DNA of 64,000 nucleotides from NCBI RefSeq assembly GCF_009914755.1, contig NC_060936.1, one strand, 5' to 3'. Position 1 is the stretch's first letter, and each line of letters begins with the position of its first letter. This stretch comes from the human T2T-CHM13v2.0 reference genome, Homo sapiens. A program made the position numbers and the translations under genes. The notes under the pieces were generated by a model, which worked only from the letters and a program-made list of their open reading frames with translations, was not told the DNA's origin and ran no database searches. Below are positions 20,636 to 38,210 of this stretch, in pieces.

Positions 20636-20809
20636 TCAAAGTGAGAAAATTTGGGCCCTGAGAAGTTAGGTGATTTCCATAGCTAATTAGTAGAAGAGCT
20701 ACGGCTGCAACTCAGGCTTTAAAAATTTTTTTCTGCCAGGGGTGTGGGTGGTGGTGGTTATTTTCTGGTGTCCTACTACCATAATTATCTTTCTAAAATA
20801 CAGGTATGA

Positions 20810-21187
<378 letters not shown>

Positions 21188-21189
21188 TG

Positions 21190-21600
21190 AAGCACTAGGA
21201 AGTAAAGGAACTGAACCCAAGCCTTCTTTGTGGTTACAGATCACTAAGTGACTAAGTTCTGGCCAGTGAGAGGTAGGCAGAAGTTCTCAAGGAAGGTTTT
21301 ATTTTCTAGAATAAAAAGGCAAGACACATGAGGACAAGGTGTTTTACCCTTTGTTCTCTCTCCTTCTTCCTGCCTGGAATGAAAACTTGAGTCATGGCAA
21401 TGTAGCAGCCATTTTATGACAAAGACAATAAAAGCTACATGCTAAGGATGGTGAAGTAGAAAGAGAGAAAGAGCTTGGGTCGATGACGACATTGTTGAGC
21501 TGCTTAGAGCTTTGGACTGCTTACGCCACTTCCTTTTCCAATGTCCTGGACTTCCTATTACATGAGATAAACTCTTACCTGTTTAAACCTTTTACAAACA
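21190..21600. mobile_element. MLT1-type (ERVL-MaLR) LTR remnant
   Basis: GTGACTAAGTTCTGGCCAGTGAGA, CTTCCTGCCTGGAAT and GCAGCCATTTT motifs. Confidence 0.5.
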
Positions 21601-21641
21601 GATACACTCTACATCTTAATATCTCACTGTCTCTTAGATAA

Positions 21642-22112
<471 letters not shown>

Positions 22113-22402
22113 TGAGCCACTGCACCCGGCCTCCTCATTGTTTTTAAAAGCCCACTGTTCTCCAAACCCCTACAACTGGAATGCCCTCGGACTCTTTTAA
22201 AAGGACAATTTTATTGTTCTCAAAAATATGTTTACTTTCAACACTCAAATAACACAGAAAAATGTATAAAAAAAGAAAATCGGCCAGGCACGGTGGGTCA
22301 TGCCTGTAATCCCAGCACCTTGGGAGGCCGAGGAGGGTGGATCATCTGAGGTCAGGAGTTCGAGACCAGCCTGACCAACATGGAGAAACCCTGTCTCTAC
22401 TA

Positions 22403-22561
<159 letters not shown>

Positions 22562-23093
22562 TCAGGAAAAAAAAAAAAAAAAGAAAGAAAATCACCCGAA
22601 ATTCTACCATCTCGAAATAAATACATAAATATTAAGTTACAGAATATCATTTTAGACATGTCCCTTTCTTTCTCTCAGAACAATGAATAACTAGAAATCA
22701 TTTTACATGGGAATCTGATTATACAAGCTAATTTTATGTATAATCGATTTAATTAAGGTATATTTGAATTTAACAGGATTAGAAGAGACTGAATTAAAAC
22801 GATTGCATAGGCTGTGTGCAGTGGCTCATGCCTGTAATCCCAGCACTTTGGGAGGCTGAGGCGGGTGGATTACTTGAGGTCAGGAGTTTGAGACCAGCCT
22901 GGCCAACAGGGTGAAACCCTGTGTCCACTAAAAATAGAAAAACTAGCCAGACATGGTGGCGTGTGCCTGTAATCCCAGCTGCTCAGGAGGCTGGGGCAGG
23001 AGAATTGCTAGGGAGAATCTCAGGAGGCGAAGGTTGCAGTGAGACGAGATCGCGCCACTGCACTCCAGCCTGGGCAACGGCGCGAGACTCTGT

Positions 23094-23095
<2 letters not shown>

Positions 23096-23147
<52 letters not shown>
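23096..23147. repeat. (CA)~26 microsatellite replacing an Alu A-tail
   Basis: Follows GAGACTCTGTCT at the Alu 3' end. Confidence 0.9.
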
Positions 23148-23149
<2 letters not shown>

Positions 23150-23689
23150 CACAAATTAAAAAATAAAACAATTGCTTAACTTTAGTTGTAATTTCTTCAC
23201 CAAAAGAGTTATCTGTTCCTAACAGATCCTCTAAAGTTAAAAAAAAAATTATTAAAGGCTTTACGAGATTGAAGTTACTTTAGTTCTTTTGTCCTATATA
23301 TTTTAAGAAATGTTATTGTCCATCTACTTGGAAAGATAAGGAAATTAGTATGCATACGTTTTTCCTGCCCTTAGATTTTTCTAATTACATTATTTTTACA
23401 TTGCAAATGTTTCTAACATTTACATCTGTCCTTTAACCATTTCAATAATTTTACCTCAGTTGTTTATTTAAATGGATTAAGTGTGAAAGTGATGTTTTAA
23501 TGTCAGGGCAAAAATGCATGGAAAAGATGTATTATTGAAAAATATCTGGGAGTAAGTAGATAGCTTAGCTGGGGGAAAAAAGGTAGATTTTTACCTCACT
23601 CCTTGTAACAAATTTTTGCATAACTCTCCCCACCTCCTTTCCACAAAACATCAGCATAAAGAATGTCAAAAGAGAAATAGGAAAAAAAA

Positions 23690-24660
<971 letters not shown>

Positions 24661-24989
24661 CTTCTCTTATTATTTTTTGAGACAGAGTCTTGCTGTTGCC
24701 CAGGCTGGAGTGCAGGGGCACAATCTCGGCTCACTGCAACCTCCTAGTTGATCAAGCGATTCTCCTGCCTCAGCCACTCGATTAGCTGGGACTACAGGTG
24801 TGAACCACCATGCCTGGCTAATACTTATATTTTTAGTAGAAATGGGGTTTCTACGTGTTGGCCAGGCTGGTCTTGAACTTCTGGCCTCAGGTGATCTGCC
24901 TGCTTTGGCCTCCTAAAGTGCTGGGATTATAGGTGTGAGCCATTGCACCCGGCTCTTCTTCTTCTTCTTCTTCTTTTTTTTTTTTTTGA

Positions 24990-25085
<96 letters not shown>

Positions 25086-28000
25086 TGAGCCTCCGAAGCA
25101 GCTGGGACTAAAGGCGCATGCCACTGCACCTGGCTAATTTTTGTAGAGATGGGGTTTTGTCATGTCCAGGCTGGTCTTGAACACCTAGGTTCAAGTGATC
25201 TGCCTGCCTCAGCATTCCAAAGTGCTGGGATTACAGGTGTAAGGCACTGTGCCCAGCCCCAGGTTGTACCTTCTACTGTATTTTTCCTTTTGGAAATTTG
25301 TGAGACCTATTTAAAATGAAGAACATACAGCTTCTTTAGCCATGCAAAATAAATAAATAAGTATTTGGGGAGGGGCCTCTTTAAATTCAATATTTACCAT
25401 CAGCCCTTTTACCAGTTTCTCCAGTCCCTCATTCATTCTTCCTGCTTGCCTTCCTCCCTCTTTTTCTTCTTTTTGCTTCATCTCTATATTGGCTAGATTC
25501 TGTTATTGAGCAATTTTTAAAAGGAAAGCGCCGAAAGGTTGCATTGCCTAAATGTGTGGGGCTCGAAGATGTCAGCTGCCTTTATAATTTAAGAACATCT
25601 TGGCTGGCTCACAATTCCTGGCTTATATTTTATTTCCCTTAGAACTCTGCAAACACTGTTCTATTGTTTTCTGGCTTTGACTGTTCCTGAAGAGGTAGGT
25701 CTGGAGCCAGTTGGTTTTTCCACCCCAAAATAAACTTTTTCAGTCTGCTTGTATGAATCTTTCTTTATTCCTAGAGTTCAGGGACTTCACCAGGATATGA
25801 TTTACTGATCAATGAAGATCAGTTTCATGGTCCCCCTCTTCATGCATGTATCTGCTTAAATGTTACCTCCTCGAACGGCCTTCTCCTTACCTAAAATAGC
25901 AGCACCTGTCAATCTTGATGCTTGTCTAATTTATTTTTCTGCACAACACTTAACATCAACTGGCACTATAACATATATTTATTTCTTTTCTTTTTTCTTT
26001 TTTTTTTTTTTTTGAGACCTAGTGTCGCTCTGTTGCCCCGGCTGGAGAGCAGTGGTGCTATCTTGGCTCACTGTAACCTCCGCCTTCCGGCTTCAAGTGA
26101 TTCTCCTGCCTTAGCCTCCTGAGTAGCTGGGAATATAGGTGCCTGCCACCATGCCCAGCTAATTTTTGTATTTTTAGTAGAGACGGGGTTTCGCCATGTT
26201 GGCCAGGCTGGTCTCGAACTGGTGACCTCCTGATCCTCCCACCTTGGCCTCCCAAAGTGCTGGGATTACGGGCATGAGCCGCCACGCCCGGCCTACTTTT
26301 TTATTTCTTACTCCTTCTTGTAAGTTTCACAAGGGCAGGCACTATGTTTTTATTGTGTACTACTGTATTCTCTGCGCTTAGAATAGTACTTGACACCCAG
26401 CAGACAATCAGTAAATATTTGTTGAATAAATAGTTGGCCCATTTGATTTGGTCCATCAAATCAAGATGGAATCAAATCAAAGGAAGATCCAAACATTTCC
26501 AGAAAAGTTTTCTTCAAGGATATCTTTAAAAATCTTCTCCTCCATGTGTTTTGTTTTCTTTTTCAGGAATAATCGGTTGGCATATATTAGATCTCCTGTG
26601 TCTTCCAAATGTATCATTTTCTTTATATTCATCTTTAGAAGTTTTATTTTTTGCACTTAATTCTATTTTATTTCCTTAAGCCTATTCACCATTGGAAACA
26701 TCCTAAATGGGTTGGTTTACTACATGTTCGTTGCTTATAATATGATTTTTTAAACTGTTATGTTTTTTCTCTTCCATTTTTTTCTTTACCTCTACCCATT
26801 TGCTTTTTATATCCTTTTGTTGTCTGTAACCCTTAACTTTTAACATCGCCCAAATTTATTCATATTTTCCTTTTTTTTTTTTTTTAAAGAGATGGTATTT
26901 TCACTCTATTGCCCAGGCTGGAGTGCAGTGGCACAATCATACCTCACTATAACCTCAAAATCCTGGGCTCACGTGATCCTCCTGCCTCAGCCTCCTGAGA
27001 TGCTGGGATTATAGGCGTGAGCCACCATACCCAGCTCCACATTTTTTCCCCTTTTATGGTAGTAATTTTTATGTCTTGGTTTTTTGTTTGTTTGTTTTTA
27101 AGATCTTTGTGTACTTCAAGGTAATAAAGATATTATTGTGTGTTTCTGGTGTTTTGTTCTGGTTGCTATTTTCCCCTAAAGAAACATGGAATTGTTGCTA
27201 AGTAGTTCATGTTTAAAACATGTAAGGGCTCCACAACAAAGGAGAACAAGATCAAGCTCTTTGTCCTGTTGCTTCTCTTACCATACTCCTGTGGCCTACC
27301 GCTCACAAGAAGTAAAAACTTGTCACCTAGCCAAGGTGTTCTTAAATTATAAAGGCAAACATTTTTAAGCTTTACAAATTGAGGCAATACAACTCTTCTG
27401 AGTTCTTCTTAAAAACGAACAAACAGAACTGCTATACAATAAAAGCCAGCCATTCTAGAGACGGAAGAAACAGAAAGGGTTGAAAAACAAACATGCAAAA
27501 GAAGGATTAAAGAAATTTGGACTATTGTGCGCCAAATAAAAGAAAACACTTCTACTGTAAAAGATTTCCACATACTACACTGATATTGATGCAACACACT
27601 GCCTATGTATAAAGTCTACAGTAAAATATTACATGAAAAGAGATGCTTGGTGATAATTAAATCAAATAAATGTGGTTAACACGATACTCTTATCACTAAC
27701 ATGTCATAATACTATGTAAATGTCTACTCTATATAGTTATCATACACCTTCACTGCCTGAGGATTTGGCAACAACCTAACTGAAAATCCCAGAGTTGGTG
27801 TTTGAACCACCGGCCAGCTCTGTCTTGAGACCACTGGATTAATGTTTATGCAGATGTTAGGCCCAGGAACATCACAATGATGACTAGAGCAAGGAGGAGA
27901 AATATTATTTGTTATAAGGCAAAAAAGGAACAGGGAGGGAGGGGAAAAAATAGAAAAGATAGGGAAAAACCTATCCACAGGGAATACATAGCACATAACG

Positions 28001-28169
28001 TTGCAATAATCTTGCTATTTCTATGCCTAGCTACTTATCTCAGGATAAATGACAAGGCAGCACGTCCTAAACCACTTTGTCATGATGAGCTGCCACAGGA
28101 ATGATTTATTATATTCCATTATAACATGACTTTAAATCCCCCTCCTCAAATATAAATTTGAAAAATTAC

Positions 28170-28251
28170 CCTTAATAGTTCTGCTGATGTTGGCCTTTCC
28201 TGAGGTATTTTCTGCAAGCAGTAATCAACAAATCTCCTAAAGGAGTCTGTC
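28170..28251 (-). CDS. TAOK3: TAOK3 coding exon (~exon 11, [27 protein letters not shown]; kinase subdomain XI)
   Basis: 82 bp, cacag| ... AGG|gtaat. Confidence 0.95.
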
Positions 28252-29271
28252 CTGTGTGTGCAAATACACAAAAGAAAATAAACTCAGGGTCTGTAGAGCA
28301 CACTGATTACTTAAAACAATTTTCATTCAAGGGAAAATTTTGCATTTAAGGAGATTTTAAAAAAATGTTTTGGAATATCAGGATAACTGGAGCATTTTCA
28401 AGTTACGATATCTAAAATTCTTTTGGATAATGAGTGAGGACAAGTTTCAAGTTAGTCAACATATTAATACATCTTAATATATAAGGAAGGTCAAATCATA
28501 ATATACATCAGAAAACAAAAATACTATGTTTAAATAAAAGTTTTATATACATTTTTCTCTCCAAAGACAACAATTCTCATAGTCTCAACTCTATATTCTT
28601 AATTACCAATTGTTAATTCCTCTACCACCCACAATCTATAACAAAGTAGTAAAATTTGAAGCATGAGGGATGGAGAACCCAGGAGTAGGCTTCCTGAACA
28701 AAAATTCTTCCTATCTTAAAAGTTCCATTTTATCCGTTCTTCTTTAATATTGCCCCTTTTAAAATAACTCTTGTGGCCCAAATAGTTATAAAAATGTCAT
28801 ACTTTTCAGCAAGGAACACTGTATCTGAATAGATAATGTATGCTCTGTCTCAACACATTTAAGTGTACATATAGTTTTAAAAAAAAAAAGACAACTGGAG
28901 AAATAATGACATCATAGAGGGCCCCTTATCTCTGCTGAGAAGTGATATCAGCTGAGATGATCAATACAAGACCATCATGACCTGGGACAATAGACTTGTT
29001 AGGAGGGTAGCAGGGCATGTTCCCTGCAGGATTTTGGTTACTAGACACATTAAGAACACAGTGCAAGCCATGGTGAAGGCAAAAATAAGAAAATCTATGC
29101 ATGTGTGCATGTGTAGACAGTTGATGCTTGTGAGGCATCAGTGTCACTTGTAACAACATACAGTGAAGGAAAGAAATGCTTTCTAGGTCAGATATTTAAA
29201 ATGTAATGTAATAAAAATGTCAAATACATACGGTGATTTTCTTAGAGATTTAAAATGATAGCAGAGTCTTA

Positions 29272-29433
<162 letters not shown>

Positions 29434-29974
29434 CTATGAGCAAAGCTTTGCGGCTAAATCAATAGCTCATTACTGTCATCATGCCACATAATCCACTTAT
29501 TTTAATCTCTAAGGTTGGCCCAAGATAGCCATTCAGAAGAAGCTGCCGGACATTAAATGTACATTGGCAAAGCTCCTAACAGAACTCATTTCAAAAGAGT
29601 GAAAGAAAAGTTTTTTTCTTTTTTTCACATAGCTTCAAAAAATTGGCTTTTGCATATTTTCCCACAATAGGTATGAAGATCTTTGCATGTGCGTTTTAGC
29701 TCAAAAATATATATTCTCTCCTTGAAGTCTGGGTATTTGGTGAAAAAGAAAAAGAAAAAAATTCATATTCACTTAAAAAAGTCAGAAAGCAAAGAAACAT
29801 AGAATAAGGAAAAAAGATTACTATAAAATGCAACTTTTTTTTTTTTTTTTGTGACGGAGTCTTGCTCTGTTGCTCAGGCTGGAGTACAGTGGCACGATCT
29901 GCAACCTCTGCCTCCTGGGTTCAAGTGATTCTCCTGCCTCAGCCTCCTGAGTAGCTGGGACTACAGGTGCCTGA

Positions 29975-30127
<153 letters not shown>

Positions 30128-30583
30128 TAGCTGAGATTACAGGCATGAGCCACCATGCCCGGCTAATTTTGTATTTTTAGTAGAGATGGGGTTTCTCCAC
30201 GTTGGTCAGGCTGGTCTTGAACTCCCAGCCTCAGGTGATCCACCCACCTCAGCCTCCCAAAGTGCTGGGATTACAGGCATGCGCCACTGCGCCCGGCCTA
30301 ATTTTTGTATTTTTAGTAGAGAGGGGGTTTCCTTATATTGGCCAGGCTGGTCTCGAACTCCTGACCTCGTGATCCACCCGTCTTGGCCTCCAAAAGTGCT
30401 GGGATTACAGGCGTGAGCCACTGCGCCCAGTCCCATAATGAAACATCTTAAACATCACTAACAAAATGGCCGGGCGCGGTGGCTCACGCCTGTAATCCCA
30501 GCACTTTGGGAGGCCGAGGCGGGTGGATCACGAGGTCAGGAGATCGAGACCATCCTGGCTAACACGGTGAAAGCCCGTCTCTA

Positions 30584-30820
<237 letters not shown>

Positions 30821-31144
30821 TTATATTCAGTAAATACTGTCTGATGCCTGATTCAGGCCAAATAATTGCTAGGGGTGACAGTAGAGAGAGAAATGGAAAG
30901 GAGGAAGAGAACTATAAATTATAAATAAAGTCTGGTCCATCCCACTCTAAAGAGAAACTCAGTGAGTCAGGCATTTATTTTTTAATTATTTATTTTTTGA
31001 GATGAGGACTTGCCCTGTTGCCCAGGCTGGAGTGCAGTGGCACAATCAGGGCTCACAATAGCCTTGACCTTTCAGGCTCATGAGATCCTCAACCTCTTGA
31101 GTAGCTGAGACTACAGGTGTGTGCCACCACGCTGGACTAATTTA

Positions 31145-31303
<159 letters not shown>

Positions 31304-31964
31304 TTAACCGGGCATGTTGGCACAAGCCTGTAATCCCACCTACTTGGGAGGTTGAGGCAGAAGAATCACTTGAACCCAGGAGGTGGAGGTTTCAGTGGGC
31401 TGAGATCGGCCCCTGCACTCCAGCCTGGGCAACAGAGTGAGACCCCGTCTTAAACCAGGCTGGTCTTGAACTTGTGGGCTCAAGCTATCCTCCTGCCTCA
31501 GCCTCCCAAAGTGCTGGGAGTATAGGCATGATGCACTGTATCTGGCCAGGTATTTCCTGGTAGAGGATTTACTCCTCCCCAGCCCACCACGATCTCTTTA
31601 TTGGAACTCCTCCAACTCTCCCTTGGCATACTGGTCATTTGGCATGTGCTCACCTATCATATCTACATCATCATACAAATCTTTTCTCTCAAAAGAAATC
31701 ATAAGCTCTAAGAGCACAAGATCTTATAACCTGAATATTCTTTTTCTTTTACTTATTCCCCCAGAATTTGTAATAAAATGTGATTCACATATTAGGGGTT
31801 CCATTTGTGGATCAAAGGAAAGAAACAAGGCTCTAGTTCTGAGTACAGTTAATTTTATGGTATTTATTAGTTGTTACGGAATAGAAGATAAATCACTATC
31901 AGGCCAGGCACGGTGGCTCACGCCTGTAATTCCAGCACTTTGGGAGGCTGAGGTGGGTGGATCA

Positions 31965-32246
<282 letters not shown>

Positions 32247-33005
32247 CTACTGTGCTTACCCTAATGGATTTTTTATATAGTCTCACTTTCTAATTCATAA
32301 TCTGATCTCTAGTTTCATCAGAGCACCTTAGTTTTTAAGTAAAGGCTCTTCTTCTATTAACCACTTCTAAAATGACAAATCGGGCTTATTCTATGCAGTT
32401 CAAAAAACAGAACAAGGCTAAGAGGTGAAGTTATAGAAAAGACATTTTCACTCACAGAAGGAAAAATTTGGACACAGCCAGAGTAGTTAAAACACAAAAC
32501 AAGAAACCAGAATGGACAAGGTTGAAAAGTAGTAAACTTTAAGTCATTTAGTAGCACTTAAGCAGATGACAACTATACCTATTCATTTGTTATATTTTGG
32601 AGGGGCATCTTATAGTCTTGATTAAGTGATTTCTGTACCTCTGAAATACAGTAGTCTAGGCCAGGCATGGTGGCTCATGCCTACAATCCCAGAACTTTGG
32701 GAGACTAAGCGGGCAGATCACCTGAGGTCAGGAGTTCAAGACCAGCCTGGCCAACATGGTAAAACCCTGTCTCTACTAAAAATACAAAAGTTAGCTAGGC
32801 CTGGTGGCATGCGCCTGTAATCCCAGCTACTTGGGAGGCTGAGAGGAAAATCACTTGAACCCGGGAGGCGGAGGTTGCAATGAGCTGAGATCATGCCACT
32901 GCACTCCAGCCTGAGTGATGGAGTGAGACTCCATCTCAAAAATAAAAAATAAATTAAAAAAAATGAAATATAGTAGTCTCTCTCTATATATAGACAGTTA
33001 ATTTT

Positions 33006-33051
33006 ATGTATATATATGTATTTTATGTATATATGTATATGTATGTATGTA

Positions 33052-33115
<64 letters not shown>
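33006..33115. repeat. Compound (TATG)/(TG)/(TA)~22 microsatellite between tail-to-tail Alus
   Basis: Directly visible. Confidence 0.9.
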
Positions 33116-33116
<1 letters not shown>

Positions 33117-33598
33117 TTTTTTTTTTTTTTGAGACGGAGTCTCGCTCTGTCACCAGGGTGGAGTGCAGTGGCGTGATCTAGGCTCACTGCAACCTCTGCC
33201 TCCAGGTTCAAGTGATTCTTCTGCCTCAGCCTCCCGAGTAGCTGGGACTACAGGCGCATGCCACCACGCCTCGCTAATTTTTTTGTATTTTTAGTAGAGA
33301 CGGGGTTTCACCATATTAGCCAGGATGGTCTCGATTTCCTGACCTTGTGATCCGTCCGCCTTGGCCTCCCAAGTATTTTTTATTGACCTCTCAATAGGAT
33401 ACTTTATACTTACCAAACAGATACTGGTATTACAGTGATATGAACTGTTAACAAGTGGAAATTTGGAAGTTGCTGTGTGGTCGAATGGATTTATATCTGT
33501 TTCAAATGCAAAAGATTAAAAAAATCTGGTTTGGGTTTATTTTTCAGGGGGCAGATTTTAGAAAGTTTGCAGAGCTTGCTTTCTGGCAACTTCAAGTA

Positions 33599-33990
33599 CA
33601 GTCATCCCTAGGTATCTGTGGGGGACTGGTTCCCGTTCCCCCCTGCATATACCAAAATCCATGGATCTCAAGTTTCCTATATAAAATGGCATAGTATTTG
33701 CATGTAACCTGCACACATCCTTCTGTCTGTATACTTTAAATCATCTCTAGATTACTTATGATATCTAGTGTAATGTAAATGTTATGTAAATAGTTATACC
33801 GCATTGTTTAGAAAATAATGAGAAGAAAAAAAGTCTATACATGTTCAGACTTGTATAGACATTTTCTTGTCATTATTTCCTAAACAATTTCCTATAAAGA
33901 CTCAACCCTCCTTTTTTTTTCCTGAATATTTCTGATCTGTGGCTGATTGAATTCATGGATGTGGAACCCACAGATTTGGAGGACCAACCG
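33599..33990. mobile_element. MER2 (Tigger-family non-autonomous DNA transposon)
   Basis: TA-flanked element beginning CAGTCATCCCTAGGTATCTGTGGGGGACTGGTTCC, with degenerate terminal inverted repeats. Confidence 0.75.
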
Positions 33991-36233
33991 TATTTAAAAC
34001 CACGTGGAAGCCTGGCCAACATGGTGAAACCCCGTCTCTACTAAAAATACAAAATTAGCCAGGCCGTGGTGGCTTGTGCCTGTAATCCCAGCTACTTGGG
34101 AGGCTGAGGCAGGAGAATCACTTGAACTGGGAGGTGGAGGTTGCAGTGAGCCGAGATCACACCACTGCACTCCAGCCTGGGTGACAGAGTGAGACCTTGT
34201 CTCATAAATAAATAACTAAATAAATAAAACCACGTGGAACTAGGAACTCATCACGTAACCATCAATGGCTTCCCATCATTCTTAGGCCAAAGTCCAAATC
34301 CTTAAACATAGTCTCTTGGACTTCATTATCATGGGACTGGCTACTTCCAGAGCCCGATTCTGAGAAGTAACCTATTTTTCCCTCTCTCATGCTTTACGTG
34401 TGCTTCACTCAAAGAACCAAGCTCGGTGTTTTTCACAAATGCTGTTTTCTTGGTCTGGACACCCCTCTCCCTTTTGCTCCCTAAACTTTATCTGGGTACA
34501 TCTTTTTGTGTATGTGTGTGTGTGTCGGGGTCTTGCTCTGTTGCCCAGGCTGGAGTGCAGTGGCGTGATCAGCTCATTGCAACCTCAAACTCATGGGCTC
34601 AAGTGATCCTCCTCCCTTAGCCTCCCAAAGTGCTAGTATTACAGGCTAATTCTCGACAATCCTTTCAGGTTTCATCTCAAATATAATTTCATTTCTACAT
34701 GAATTTAATAAGTATGTATTCAGGATTCATTATGTGTTTATAATCACTTCCTCAGGGAAACCTTCCCTGACCTCTCAGACTAGGTCTCCTATTAGATTTT
34801 GTCATTGCAAATTATATTTTTTGCTTTCTTCCACATATCACAGCCCTAGTTATTTGTGTAATTTTTTTGAGACAGGGTCTTACTCTGTCACCCAGGCTGG
34901 AGGGAGTGCATCTCAGCTCACTGCAGCCTTGACCTCCTGGGCTCAGGTGATGTTCCCATTTCTGTCTCCTGAGTAGCTGGGATTATAGGCATGTGCCATT
35001 AAGTCCAGCTACTTTTTTGGCTTTTTTTTTTTTTTTTTTTTTTTTTTTAGAGATGGGGTTTTGCTATGTTGCCTAGGCTGGTCTCAAACTCCTGGGCTCA
35101 AGCGATCTGCCTGCCCCAACCTCCCAAAGTGCTGGGATTATAGGCATGAGCGACCATGCCTGGCTTATTTGCATAATTATTTTCTTCCTTCCTTCTTTCC
35201 TCCCTCTCTCCAACCCTCCCCCCTTCCTTCCTTTCCTCCCTCTCTCTTTCTCATTCAAGCCATCCTTCTACCTCACCCTCCCTAGTAGCCGCAGCTACAG
35301 GCACACGTCACCATGCTTGGCTAATTTTTTTAAGGTTTTCGTAGACATAAAGTCTCATTATATTGCCCAAGCTTGTCTCAAACTCCCAGGCTCAGGCGAT
35401 CCTCCCACCTTAGCCTCCCAAAGTGCTGGGATTAGAGGCATGAGCCACTGTGCCTAGCCTAGTTCTTTATTTAATGTGTGTCTTCTTTGCTAAACTTCAT
35501 GAGGGCAGGAACAACATCTATCATGTTCATCTCTGCATTCTCAGTGCTGAGAACAGTACCTGGTACACAGCAGGTGGCCCCTAATACTTTTAAATAAATA
35601 AATGAAGGTGAGGGAAATTAAAGCACAGAATAAACTCTGTCAACAAACAAAGAATCTTTGTTCAGTAAGTAATTACAAAATTACAAAAATGACTGAGAAG
35701 ACACTAAGTCTCGGGGCTCATGACAGATACTATTTGATGGCTTCATTCACTATTAGAAGGACCAGAACCCTCCCACTTACTGGCAAAAGGTTAAAAAAAA
35801 ACAATCCCAGCTTCTCAGAACACTGAATTGCATAGGAGAAACAGTGAAACAGAAGGGAAAGGAGACTGAAGCAAGAGAAAAACAAATTTGAAAAGAAAAG
35901 GATGAAAGAACAAAAACACAAAGAAAACTCAGTTCAATAAAAGGCAGTGGCTTGGATTTGAAGCAGCAAAGAGAAGGCCTGTAAGTAGCAAGCACTCTGC
36001 CTAGGAACAAGCAGAAAAGATGGCTGACCATGTAATGGTAGAAGAAATAATTTTAATAGAGAAGCACATGACTAAAGGTACTCTAACCATAGAACAGCTC
36101 TATAGTCTGGGAAGCATTCTCTGAGTATTAGCTTCAAGTGATCTCATCTATGTTCAAGTCTTTGCTAGATGTAATAAATAAATCCTCTGAGCAATGGTGA
36201 CAAGGCTCACTGCTGAGCCAGAATACTACAGAG

Positions 36234-36445
36234 CAAGGGCTGGCAAACTATGGCCCATGGGCCAAATTCAGCTATCAGCCTGCTTTTGTAAGTTTATTGG
36301 AACACAGCCATGCCTGTACATTAATGTATTGTCTATGACTGCTTTCATCCTCCAGCGGCAAAGTTGAGTAGTTATGATAGACATTAGATAGCTTCCAAAG
36401 CCTAAAATGCTTATTATCTGGTCCCTCACAGAAAGTTTGTCAATA
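36234..36445. mobile_element. MER58A-like hAT/Charlie DNA transposon
   Basis: CAAGGGCTGGCAAACTATGGCCCATGGGCCAAAT ... ACAGAAAGTTTGTCAA. Confidence 0.7.
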
Positions 36446-36868
36446 CTTATTGTAGAATATAGCAGTTTTCTTTTCTTTTTTTTTTCTTTTTTTGAGACAG
36501 AGTCTCGCTCTGTAGCAAAGGCTGGAGTGAAGAGGCATGATCTGGGCTCACTGTAACCTCCGCCTCCCAGGCTCAAGAGATTCTCCTGCCTCAGCCTCCT
36601 GAGTAGCTGGGATTACAGGCATGTGCCACTGTGCCCAGCTAATTTTTGTATTTTTAGTAGAGATAGGGTTTCTCCATGTTGGCCAGGTGGCTGGTCTCAA
36701 ACTCCTGACCTCAGGTGAACCACCTGCCTCGGCCTCCCAAAGTGCAAAGTGCTGGGATTATAGGCATGAGCCACCGTGCCCAGCAAAATATAGTAGTTTG
36801 AATAAAGCTTCTTCTACATATGCAGCAGAATAGGAATTGGGAACGCTTCTGAAGAAGTCACCTTGTGA

Positions 36869-37091
<223 letters not shown>

Positions 37092-37409
37092 TAGCCAGGA
37101 TGTTCTTGATCTCCTGACCTCATGATCTGCCCGCCTCGGCCTCCTAAAGTGCTGGGATTACAGGCGTGAGCCACTGCGCCTGGCAGAATACATATATTCT
37201 TAAATGAAAGGAAAAAGGTAGAAGCATACAAACGTTGAGCTAGCTACATTAAAAGAAAAAACAGTAGTTTCCCTTTAACTTAGAGACAAAGATCAAGTTT
37301 CTGTGTATGATCAATCTCTGTCATGTAAGATCAAGGTTCAGGAAGGTCAGTTTGATCAAGTTTCTGGATACTGCTCTGCTTGGTAAAGAGTAAACTAAAT
37401 TAGAGTGCC

Positions 37410-38210
<801 letters not shown>

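Noticed and set aside
37291-37366. Four spaced GATCAA(G) motifs, superficially array-like
   Set aside because: Too short and irregular, and in a eukaryotic context; not a CRISPR-like array
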